DNA of 64,000 nucleotides from Cyanophora paradoxa CCMP329. Its lineage: Eukaryota; Plantae; Glaucophyta. Location of the stretch: positions 87,309 to 151,308 of the forward strand of contig QPMI01000115.1 of assembly GCA_004431415.1 (NCBI GenBank), written 5' to 3'. A program made the position numbers and the translations under genes. Positions 1-12,500 of this stretch are shown here, one piece after another. Within the stretch, counting starts at the first letter, position 1. Every line of letters starts with the position of its first letter. Below the pieces are notes generated by a model. The model was not told the DNA's origin. It saw nothing but the letters and a program-made list of their open reading frames with translations, and did not search any database.

Positions 1-3000
1 GCCGGCGTCTTCTTTGAAACTCTGGTGCGCGGGCGCGCGCTCGCGATCGGTACACGCACTTGTCTGCTGAAATCGAACTTTGGTGTCAGGTTGGCCGCCC
101 CGGGGACGCTGGAGCTGTCGCTGCCGTCCTCGAGCTCGTCGACAAGCACCTCCCGCTCCTCTTTGACGCCGACAGGCCGAATTTGGCCATCGTCGGCGGC
201 AGCGGCTTGTTATGCGATCGCGAGTGCACACAGCTTGCAAGCTCTACTGCTGGACTCCACAGCCCCCTTTGCACTCGGCGGCGGTGTCGCTCGGTCTGGC
301 AAAGCAGCGGTCGACTCCGGATCCCCTTGGAAGGCTCCGATTGGAGACAGCGCCAGAGGGTTGTCATGATTCTCGACTCGGCAATCAACATTGCAAAGAC
401 TGTCGAGGCTCTGCAGCAGCAGCTCGCAGCAGCGGGCGACCATCTCAGCGTGCTCTGGCTCAGCCTGGCGCTCATCACCCTCGGTCGCGATGAAATTCCT
501 GACATTTACCTCTCGAGTCCGAAGGAGGTCAATCTCGTCCAGCTCCTGATCCGTTCCGGCCTCGCCCTCCGTTCGACTTCGAGCTCGCCCACGTCGCCGC
601 CGCCGCCGTCCCCCGAGCGCGAGTCGGCGGAGGCGCTGCGGGTGGCGGGGCTCCCGCTGGCGGACGCGTTCGCCGCCTGCGCCCAGCGGCCCGACGTCGC
701 CCTCGAGGCGGCCCTCGTTCGCCTCGCCAGGACGGGATCGCTGCCGTACAAGTACTTTCATCAGGACTGCTATGTATTGCTTTCGGCAAGCCTCAGGATC
801 GATGGCAAGGCGGAATCCCCGGCGCCGCAATTCTGGTGCACGCCTCTGCAGGAGGCTGGCCTCGGTGCATTATCGACAAGGTGCTTTACTTTCGATTGCA
901 ATTGCACTTCACATGACACCTGCTTACCTTTGTCTTTTTTATATCATTGCGCCAGATTCTTCCTGCACAATGCCAACCTTGCCACTGCTTGCTCGATGTC
1001 CGGTCGCTACGACAGAGATGGCCCTGAACCACACGACAGCTACCTCAGCAGGATCGGCGATGCGCTTTTCGGCCCCTTCTCAGCCGAGCCGGCAGCTATG
1101 GCCAGCCCGGCCCACGTCCTCGATGTCGCCGTGTCGCTTCTTGCGGCGCGGCGGGGAGCAGCGCTCAGCGTGCTCGGCGAGTGTCAGCCGGCTCTGCCCC
1201 AGCAGTACGAGACGCTGTTGCTGTCGTGCGCGCTTCGCCTGGACGCCCTGGATCGATTCGACGACGCGCTGCGGCTCGTCTCTGCCCTGCTGGAGATGGC
1301 CTCGGAAAGCAGCGACGCAGGGGCCGACGCCCGCAGGAAGCTCTGCCTCGATCTTCTCGTCAAAACGGACATTTTTAACGGGCCCCCGTTTAAAAGACTG
1401 TTATCGATATTCGATGATTTCGACCGGCTTTCCGCTCGCGACAACAGACCAGCACTCGTGCGCTATTCACGTTCATGCTCACTTTCAGCTTTCGATCGTC
1501 ACTAACTATAACATCTCATGATCAACTATAACTGTTCATGATCATCGTCACAATCCAGGTCGGAGCTGTGGGGCTGGATGCCATCCGTGCATTTCTGGAC
1601 AGCAAAGCAGCCGCGTGGGCGTTCTCGAATGCGGACAACACATTCTCTCTTCAATTCGTGAATTGCGTTTTGCGGTCGCATCTTGCTGGGCACGGCGGCT
1701 CGACCCTGTGCGAAAATTCCACAGTTTTCGGAGATGCGAGCCAGGAGCGGCGGCTCACAACAGAGGCTGTAGAGGCCCTCTTAGACGTCAGCCGCCAACA
1801 GGAGGGCGAGAGCACCGATTCCGTGCCCGGATACCTTGCGCGTGTCGTCCTGCAGCAGATGTCAAAGGTCGGCCGCACGCTCAGCTTGCCGTGCGAGGAA
1901 GACCAAGTCGACCTCATCCTCCGATACTCCGTTCTGCTCGACCAGAACGGAGACGTGGAGGGCGCCGCCGGCCTGGCCTTCTCCGCCATAATACGCTGTA
2001 GCGAATGGCCGCACTTCACGTATGCAGTGCGTGGCCAAGTTGATGAACGGCGTCTTCTCTGCTTTTCCGCATTTCCTCGCAGCTAATTTTAACGCGTACG
2101 TGCGTTTCCGCGCAGCTTCGCCACCTCGACATCGCGGCCCCGCGCCTGGCAGAGCTCTGGGGCGTCTCCTCAGGCGGCGTGGGCTTCGCAACATTGCGGC
2201 GCCGTCTCTTCGGGCGCTTTCTGGATCGCTTCACGGATCTTCAGACGCCCTGCCAGCCCCGCGATCGCATCCCGGAGCCATGGGCTCTCAGCAAATCATT
2301 CGCGGAGAAGGTCGTCGGCATGGGGCGGGTGGACCCGCCCCTCGTCGACTACTTCCTCGCGGCGAAGATCGGCGTCGCTGCCTTCGCCAACTGCAGCGTT
2401 CGATTGCGAGCCCGCAACGAGCCCGAGTGGCACTCCTCCTTCGACCTCGGCTGCCCCCCCCTGTGGCGGCGGGTCCTCGGAGAGCTGGACGTCATCCTCC
2501 GTTCCGAAGATGCCGGTCCGTTCCCTTCGATCGCGCTTCCGTTTCTGACATCGATCTGCGGCGCGCGCAGTGGCGGAGGAGGACCGGGCCGACGCTCTGC
2601 GGCTGGCAGAGCTCGTGTGGGACGCCTGCCCCTGCGTCCAGGCCGTCTGGGTCATGCAGAGCGCCCTTGCTTCCGGCGACGACGACAGCGAAGATCGCTA
2701 CGAGAGCTGGCTGAAGGTGCTAACGAACGTTGCCTAATCTATCTTCGAGCCTTAAGTTGAGAGAATGTACCATGCAGTCGATTCTCAAGAAACTCAATCA
2801 GAACGTCCACTTGATCTTTGCCGGCGGTGCGCTCTTTAATCGTGATTCGCCGTCATTTAAATGCATTTTTTCGTGTCCTGCGCCTTTGTCTGACGGATCG
2901 GGGCCAGAGCTGCCCTCGGAATGCCAGCCGCGGTGCAACCTGCGCGTGTCAGGCGAGGCCGCTTTCACGGCCCGATTGGTCCTCGCCGCCGGAGCGCTTC

Positions 3001-4470
3001 TCTTCGCCACGTAACTCACATCCCGGCTCAAGAAACACATCGTTTTGCGATGATTTGAAGCTTATCACGAACACAGCGAGGTGACTGACTCGGAGGGGCG
3101 CGCCCGGGTCGAGGCTGCGCTCGGGTTGGACGCGTCCTCGAGCCCGGCCGGCGGTGTGTCCTCGTTGATGCTGCTTGCGCGCTGGTGCAAGCTTGCGCAC
3201 GCGGCCTACTTCGAATTTGCAGGCGACATGCCTCCCTTGTTGTATGCATTATTTGTTGGCAGCCATCGATATCGATGGGCTTCGAATTCGCCCGGCCCAC
3301 CTAAAATTCTCTCCAGCGACCCTGATCATGACGATCTGGCGGGGGATCTGGCGTTCGTCTGGCACGGCTCCGCGGACATGGACGGGCCCGTCAAAGTCCT
3401 TCAGCTCTACATGTTCTACATTACTGCCGTTGCCGGGCCTGAATCCGAATTCGAAGCTAGGCGCTTTGGACCGGGGCCCGGACCTGCCCCTGGCGACGGT
3501 GCACATGCGTCCGAGGACCGCTACACCGTCGAGCAGCTGGCGGCCCTCGGCAGGAGGATCCTCTCGCACCAGCGAGAGGCGATAGAGGGCGAGTACTGCG
3601 AGGACCCGGGCTGCCGCCTCTGCCGGGGCGCCGGCTGGTGGCCCTGGCGCTGCGCGCGGGGGAACCTGGTCCTCTTCTCCCCGGAGCTCCTCGGAGACCC
3701 GATGGCCCGCCTGACCACGGACATCGCGCTCCACTTCCCCTGGGTGCCTGGCCCTTGGCCCTAAGACCACCCCCGCTTTGACTGAGACCGCGAGATTATA
3801 AGCACCATCTAGAGCTAGAGCTTCTTGGATCTTTATATGTATGGCTATCGCTCACATCAGCTTTTTAACGTCTCACCTCGCGTTCTCTACGTGCAGGGGG
3901 AGGACGAGAGGGCCGAGATGGCCCACAGGATGGGTGTGGCCTACGCGATCGCGAAAGCTACGGCGGTCGCCGAAGCAGTGCGCGCCCGCGGCGCCGGCGG
4001 CATGCCCGAGAGCGAGCGGGAGGCGCTCGTGCAGTCGGCCCGCAAGGCGCGGTCGTTTTTCATAATTACATTTAACGTCCGACGGTCGGGAAACGCCGCA
4101 TATTTGAACCGCCCGCCCGCTCGCAGGCGTACATCGCCGCCCGGATCGTGACGCAGGAGCTTAAGCTGGTGTTTCCCGCCCTCACCCGACCCGAATTCCG
4201 CAGCGAGCACTCTTTCGAGGTCCGAGTCGTCCCTGCCCTCCGGTGCGCTTCCCCTTCCACTCGATACCTCGATTTAAATTCAAACTTGTGTCCGGATCCT
4301 TCATTGACCGACTTCTCACTTCTCCGTGCGAACGCGCGGCGGGGCGCAGGAGGCTCGAGATCTTCTCGTCGTTCCTCCCGGCGGATCCGGCCGCGCCGGC
4401 GCCCACCGTCGACATCGACGCACCCGCAGCTGCAGCGCCCGCTGCGCTTGGCTCTGGAGGAGCGCCCTAG
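1..4470 (+). CDS. Multi-exon gene of unknown function (copy A, 5'-truncated by window edge); paralogue of 16310-23282
   Basis: Exon peptides (VAAVLELVDKHLPLLFD, KLCLDLLVKTDIF, RLAELVWDACPCVQAVW, EYCEDPGCRLCRG..LFSPELLGD, AYAIAKATAVAEAVRARG, LEIFSSFLP..GGAP*) recur in the same order on the - strand at 20.6-16.3 kb. They are separated by short GT/GC..AG introns; stop TAG at 4468-4470. Confidence 0.75.
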
Positions 4471-6592
4471 GCCCCAGGCCGTAGTTATTATATATCACGT
4501 ATACGAGAACTGCAGACGTAAATGTAGAAAGAGCCGAACAAATACATATGCATAGCAGCTGTGCCATGCCTAGGGAGCTCGCGGCCAGCGCTCTTTTTCT
4601 CACGAGGGGCGGAGGGCGCGGAGGCTTTGAGGGAGCGGACCCGGAGCAGCTCCGATCGCGAGCCGGGGGTGTTGGGGGCGAACTGCTCGCTTTAATCCTG
4701 ATCGATAGATGTGGTTCCCTCAGATGCATATGTTGACGGTATCTCTAGCTCTAGCTCTTCTTCGTGTCGACGACTCGATGTCTGTCTAGATCTTGCATGC
4801 AAGCTTAAGCCTCCAGCTGTACATGAACATGTAAATCCATATGTCTAGTCTAGCCTTTACTACCAAGGGTACGGTAATGCAACCTGGCATGCGCAGCTGG
4901 TACATGCACATGCATACCGCGTAAGCGCTTCCGACAATTGCAAGACAATGCAAGTTCTAGTTCAAGGTTCATTGACAATTGCAAACCGGACCCGGGAGGC
5001 GGACCGGAGTCACCGACTCACCGGACGTCACCGGAGGCTCCGGAGCCCGAGCCTCGAGCTCCCTGGCCCCTGGCCATGGGCCGTGGGCCGTGGCCCTCCG
5101 AGTCGGGCTCCGACTCCCTCAGATCGCGATTCGCGATTCGCGAGTCCCGACTCCCGAGCCTCCGAGGCTCCGACTGTCGGACGTCGACTTGGGCCGTGGT
5201 CCGAGGAAATTCGGAAATTCCGGGGGAAATCGAAGATCCTGCAATTTGGCTGCAAAAAAAGGCGTTCGAACTTCGACTTCGACTTCATGCAATCACTCCG
5301 TCACGTTGACGTCAGACGTCGACATCGTCGCCAACTTACGTACGTCACGTACAGTACGCGTACGTATACACTGTGACTCAGTGACAGTATACGTAGTCTA
5401 GGCAGTACTAGTGTACAGTAACTTCAGGGTAAGCCTAGCGTAACAGCCACCTACTGGTACTACTTAGTACTTAGTAGCTTCCATAGCCTAATAAGCCTGT
5501 ATATACTATGCTAGGCCGTCGGGCAGCCCGGGCTAGCCTACTACCTACTACTAGTAGTAGGCTACTACCGGGCCTACTAGGCTACTTACCGGCCCGGCGG
5601 CTGCCAGGCTCAGCCTGGCAGCGGCTCAGTGTGCCAGGCACTGCCAGCAGGCGGCTCACTGAGTCAGCCGCGGGCCGCGGCCCGCGGCTGCGCATGCGCC
5701 GGCTGGCCGCGGCCGTTAGCGACCGTCGGACGCGCCGACTCGGCGTCGAGTCGGCGACGCCTATTTATTAGTATAGCTAGCTAGCGTGACGTCGCGGCGC
5801 TTCGCGCAGATTGCCAAGTTGCAAGATCGCGTCGTCATCGCGACTCTCGGCGAATTCGAGAGCTTGTCGAACTTCGGAACTGAGCGCTCGCCGAGTGGCG
5901 ATCGGCCGGCCCGGCGGTCTGCATGGTGGCCCGCGCGCGGATTACGTATCCTTCTCAACGCCGCGCGCGCGCGGCCCGGCGGCGGGCCGGCGGCTTCGAC
6001 TCGGCGATGCTCAGGCGCGCCGCGCAGCATTGCCGCTGAGCATTGCGCGCATGCGCGCATTGCAGATTGCAGCTTTATGGCTGCGCATGCAATTTGAGCT
6101 TCTGATCGCATCGCCGAGTCAATTTCGCGAGATCGAGAACTAGAGCTCATCAAGCGCCGCGGCAGAGAAGCTTGCCAAGCTGAAATTCGGAAGCTGGACG
6201 TCGACAGCCTGGCCTGGCAGCTGCAGGTAGCCTGCAGCTGGGCGCTGTGCAGGAAGCCTCAAGGCCTGTGCAAGTGACAGTAGGGCTATAGCTAGCTATA
6301 GCGTATACGTAAACTTCGTGCGCGCAACCTTCAGCTGCAGCGAGCTCGAATGGAGGATCTAGGGAAAGGCAGGGCAATAGACGAGGAAGCGCCGTCTCCG
6401 CAGAACCGCTCGCCTCAACCTGCTCCCAATTGCAAGTCCACGTTACGCGGCCGCCGGGCGTCTGGAGCCGGCTCGGGATCCGACTCCCGATCAGGTCCGT
6501 TACTTGCAATATTAATGCCGCGCGCGTGCCCGGGGCCGCGCATGCCTTGGCCTGTAGGCATCGCTAGCTGCGCCAGGTTCATCATCGCACTC

Positions 6593-9500
6593 ATGAGCAC
6601 GCATGTCCATCCACTTGCCCCTTCGTCGCCAGTGGTGGAATCGACGTCCGGCCAGCGCTTCCTCTCGCTCTTCGAGTCCCTTCGCTTCAGCCCGCGCGAA
6701 GAGGTGTGCACGCGTACGCGTCGCGTCTGCCTCTCGTCCGATCATTCACATTTGCGCAGGCTCTATTTGGGCTTCTTTACAGGTGCGAATAGAATAATCA
6801 TAATCTAAATCTCGCGTTCGCGCGCGCGCGCGATCTTGTTCTGAGAAAGGGTTTCGCGATGAATTAGCATGGTTGAAAAGACATGCAGGCGCTTCGGAGA
6901 GCTCGAGCCTGCAAGATATAGATCCGGACGACGCGGAGGAGTTGGAGGCGGCGAAGGTGCCGGCGTCCTATGTTCGATTTGATATCCCTAAAAGCTTACT
7001 GTCGCTGACGGCGGATCCGTGCACGTGGCCAGGCTCGAACCCGAAGAAACAAGCTCCTCCTATTTGCAAGCTTTTCCATAATCGGTATTTTATCCGTCCT
7101 TAAGCTTATTGGACGGCTGCAATATCGAATTACCTTGTAATTGATTCCGGTCCACCGATCGCGATGCGCAACAGAGGCAGCTCAGCTAATCGCCATCGTG
7201 ATTTCCCCCGCGACGTGGCCCGACGAGATCATGGGCTGGATCAGCCGCGTCACTGCTCTATCCAGGGTCAGCGAAACACTCTAGCTTCAATGCTCTCATT
7301 CCAGCTTGTTTGAACGACAATATCAAATTAATAGTGATGAAACTAAAATCCGCGCGCAGCTGGTGTTTAGGAACAGCCGGGCTTTCACTGCGCTTTACTG
7401 GGCCTCCGGCGCCTGCGTCGCCGCCATATTCTCCTTGATAGCATACGTTCTCTACACGCTCGCACAGGTATATAATTGTCTCTTAATTCTCCAAGCTTCA
7501 ATTTATCTTTCCCGCGGCCGCCTTCTTAATTTACCTGTGCTGCGCAGCGGAAGTACAGGGCGGGCCCCATGCGCCTGCTGCGCTTTCTTGTCAAGATTGT
7601 TCTCCTTCGCGTCTACATTTCGATCCTCCAGCTATTCTTTCGACCCTTTGACTGCGCTAGCCTCTCCGGCACCGACATCGCTTGCTGGACGCAAGCGTGG
7701 GTTCGTGACATTTAAGCGGGCCGAGCTCGCCAATCTATCTCCATAGTTGTTCAATGGCTGAATTCAAAAACAGATACCCTATTTTTCGGGCTCGGTTCTT
7801 TTCCTCGGCTTCACGATTCCATTCGTCTTAATTTTCTCTCTCTTGTTCCACGGTGCAAACTCTTCTGATTTCGAGCCTTGTTTTTAACGTAGTTGGATTC
7901 ACGCTTGAACGATCAGATGCCAATCCGAACTCCCCCGATTTTGACGGCAAGAGCTCTGGTACCGGCGACTTTCTTTCGACGCTAGTTCAGACCGTTCTCG
8001 CAATTTCAGCGACATTCCTCGGGTATAAATACATATATATGCGCTCGAATATGTGCGAAGGTCGAAGCTCGATACAAAGGCCTCCGCAGTTCGACGGAAT
8101 TAGAGCAGTCTGGGCTCTGCATGATGGTTTTTGTTTTTGTGGGCGGTCTCGCTGCCTATGTTTCAATTGTACAGGTGAGCCAGTCGATTTCGAGTCAGCA
8201 TTGTCACGATCGCCGATCGCGAGTCGAGTTTGCTGTCTGCTAACGTAGCCTTTTCGCATTTTCGACCCTTATCAGCCTTATTTCAAGCCCCAGAGGTGAG
8301 AATTCATTTTACTGCAGCCGGTCGTGATTCGGCTCTAAATCTGATCTAATACAAATGTGCACCCAGCAACGATCTCAGAGCAGGCCTTTATTCTCTCGTA
8401 TCCTGCTTTGCTCTTTGGACTTTTGTCCTTTCGTTCTTAGAAGGATTGGTGCGCTTGCCGTCCCACTCAGAACAATAATGTTGCCTATCGCTATTTCAAA
8501 GTTTCGACCTCACGATTACAGACTGCTATTATTTTTGGATGCATCGGGATCGCCCTTTGCCCCGCATTCTTTTACATCGGCTTCCTCGTCACCCGTGCGT
8601 CGCACTCACTCGAGATTTGGAATATGTGTATATTTGCAATTGGTTGAACTTGAACACACAAACCCTCGCGTGTGCAGGCAAGAGACGCCAATTGCTGATA
8701 GCGTTCCACGATCTCTGGTCGTCGCGAGAGATGGAGTACTTGGAGAATATAACTTCGCAAAACCCGGAGGCACTGCGGACTCCGTCGAGCTCGACGCACA
8801 TGAATCGGGATGCGCCTCCCACTCTGAAGTTCAAGAGCCCGTTCTACTTCAAGTGCGGTGCGTAAATACAGCTTGTTTTATATTCGCAATATACGCTGGA
8901 AGCACACGTCTGCGTTATAATCGAAACGATCGAGCCTTGCAACTGCAGACGTACAAATCGCGGCCGGGTGCTTTGCCTCCAACGCATCCGCCGCGTCACT
9001 GGATCGGGCGGAGCTCATCTTTCAGCGGGTGCGCGTTCTCAGCAGCTCCCTGGTATTTAAAGACATTTCCATTTTAGGGTTTAGAGATATCGATTGCGTC
9101 GTCTCGTCGAAGAAGAAGCTGAAGTCCGATTCGTTTTCGCAGGGGTGCGAGCAGTTCAAACACGCGGCCGACATCCACATTGTATTCGCTAGCTTCCTCC
9201 TCGCTCACTCGTGCGCTCCTTAAAGCTTGCAATTGCGCCTACCTGCTTATTTCTGAACTAAGACCAAATCTGCGATTCAAATATATTAGGAGGAAATCGA
9301 AAACGGCGGTGAAGCTGCTTAAGCGGGCCCTCCAGCTCAGCCCCAACATTCAGCTTCGGTTCCGGCTGGCATGCATTCGCCGGAACGCCGAGCAACGCTC
9401 GCACGGGAGCGACCTTGGCTCGTCGAATGGGAAAGTGGTGCGCGCGCACGGTAACGTGCAGAAATCCTGCAGCTGTGAGCAGATATCTTTTGATAACTAG

Positions 9501-12500
9501 TTGCAATTGCCCCGCTGTGCAGAACTTCATCAACATGCTCCAGTTCAAGGGCCTCCACAACGAGGCGCTGAAGTCGGCGAACGCCACGCTACGAATGCTG
9601 AGGCGGTTCTGGCGGCAGCTCGCGTCGGCTCGCAGCCTTAATTCGGCGCTCCTTGCGTGCGCATGCGCGCCTTCGAAGCAAGATTTCTGACCTTTTTTGA
9701 AAAGAGCTCATTTGATGATGTAATCTGCAGCGAGGTGCCCGCGAGGCTCGAAGAAATCATGAAATCAAAGGAGGTCCGCAGCGCTGAGCTATAAATGTTG
9801 TTTTCCTAGATTGATATGGCGCCTTCGAATTCTTGAAAGCTAATTATAAAGGGATTTCAATTCGCAGCGGGCGGAGGCGCTTTTTGCGCAGCTTGTACAG
9901 AGCTACCCCAACTCAAAACAGCTGTGCGCATGCGCTGTAGCGGACAATATTAATAGCACTTATATAATAATCACAGTATGATGTTCCGCAATCGAATTTT
10001 CCGCTGATGAATTCGTCAGGAGGATCGCTTATGCTCAGTTTCTGGAACAAGTCGCAAACCAGCCGGATCAAGCTGCCATACACATGCTGAAGGCAGAAGA
10101 AATAAGTGAGTGAGACGCTGAGCGGCTGGTCTTCGAACGTTTGCGCGTATTAGTTCAGCTGATGAGCCACGGCAGGCGAGAGGGAGCGGAGAGCAGCGCT
10201 AGGGGAAAACGGGACCGACGGCGATGACGCGCAGAGCGTGATCGATGACCAGAGTAGCTATTACGAAGGGGAGGAAGACCGCGACAATGCGATCGAGAAA
10301 TCCGAGGCACGCGTACGCGCGCAATCGCTTCAGCGCGCGCCCTGTTAAATTCAGAAGCTCAACTTCAATATGAATTGCAGGATCCGGAGCTTGATCGCGA
10401 GCAAATACAAGACTTGGAGGCTGCTGTTGACCTAGGCGCCGATGTGGGCCCGCGGGAAAGAGTGACCCGCAAGCATTCGAGCTCGCTGCTTGCGATCGGA
10501 TCCTCGAGTTCGACGCACGTCCACAGCCCCGAGCGCGCTGCGATACGCTCGTTCCCGGTCTCTCCTGGCCATGGTGCCGCGACTTCGAGCTCAGTCACAG
10601 CTCGGAGAACAGCAGGTCTGAAAATTCGAAGTGTACGTTCGACTTTTGCATGCCCCCTTTACTTGCAAATTGAAGCTTCGACGATACGTTCTTCAACGTT
10701 CACATAATTATAACCGCGTGCAATGCATTCGCAGAATGGAAAGGAGGCGCTTGTGCTGATGCGGCGCGGCGTGGTTTTCGGCCTTGCAACAATCGCCGTG
10801 CTCTGCATTGCCTCTTTCCTGGTTATGAAGGTGACTTTTTATTACCCATTTGGGTTTACATGGTTTGCGACATTAATCTGAATTTGAATCTTCCGCATTA
10901 TATAGTTTCTTCTTGAAGATTTTCGCGCGAATTTGGAGCTCAATCGCGGCGCCGCTCGCACCCGTCGAATGCTCATGGTAAGCCGTTGAGCGTTGCGACA
11001 TCACTGATTCTTGAAAACGCCTTGAATTTCCTCTGGGGACGCCACTGAGTCGACTGAAACGTCGCTCTGTTCGAATTCTACAGGACGCGATCTTCCACGC
11101 GCGGACGCTGCAGCTTGCCGGCGCGAAAAACGACACACAGTCGCTCGCGAGGGCAGTCCGCAGCCTCACGGGCTCGTGCACTCAATTTCTGCAGAACGTC
11201 CAGGGGCTCGTGCTCGGGTCGGGCGAGGCTGGCCTCCCCAAGGTCTAGATCTTCGTCTCATGTGGCATGCCAAATCTGTAAAAGAGATCGTCTAACTTTG
11301 GTTTTACACAGAAAGCGCCGAGGTTGCTGGAGCTCTGGACGCAGACGGGGCTCGTGCAGCTGGAGGTGTACCTCGCTGGACAGACGATCAAGCGGCCCAG
11401 TAACATATTCGACGGCAGCCGCGAGCTCGCGACCGCTTGCGCGTGCGTCAGTCTGGCAGGCTAGGGCTAGCGCTCTGTCAACTGTGACTCTGTTCGAGAG
11501 ACACACTATGATATGACCATCAGATTTAATTCAGGCTTTCGAGAGAAATCTGACGCGTGATTCTCAGTCAGGTGGCGGCGTTGCCTGCAAAAGAACTTTC
11601 CATTGCGGACGACTCCCCCCCTTTCCGGTTCCTGATGCGCAATCCCTTCAAATTCATCGAAGCTCTCGCGTACGTCACCCCTCGCTGGACATAGAACCTC
11701 GAATTAACTTGGAATTCTGCTCTGAATTTTCGAAGGCCTGTGGCGCTGGAGTTCCAGACCGAGGTCGTTCGCCTTGTCTTCAACAGCACGCTCATACTCA
11801 GCGGGCTCCTCGGAGCCCTCCTTCTCGTCATCCTGCTACTCATTGTCTTCGTTTTGCGTCCGGTAATTATATGTGTACATACAAGCTCAAGCTTCATGTA
11901 GTTTGTTAACATGGGTTGCCACTGGCACAGACGTTCCGCAAAGTAGCTGACAGTCAGCAGGGTGTGGTGAACATTCTCTCAGGTGCCCATGGGCATGGAT
12001 AGCCACGCTGATTGTCGAATCGCCATCGCTAACGTTCAGCCTTCTACCCTCTTTCACGATCAGGCATTCCTAGACACGGTGAGCGAATTCGAACGCATGT
12101 AATTTATTCGAACCAGCTGCTGTAGTATTATTTATAATGTCGTCCACTGCCACAGTTCTGCGGGCTGTCGCCCGGCACTACGCAATGGCGTCAAAGCTGC
12201 AAGACAAGATCGGCAGCACGGTGCGCATGCGCCCCGCATCCGGACCCCTTATATTGTTGGGCGTCGACGCGAACAAATACATTTATCCCTTCGTAACATT
12301 ATTGATATTGATTTTCCTCCAGGGAGCGGATACCGACATGGAGGCGTTCGATGAATCGGATGACGAACGGGACTACAGCAACGACGGAAACGGCGGGCAG
12401 AGCCGCTTGCAGCTGCTATCGGCCACGGGCGATCCAGCATCGGCAGGAGCTGGGGTTGGCATAGGCGATGGTAGCGGCTCCACCGTGGATCGAGTAGAAT

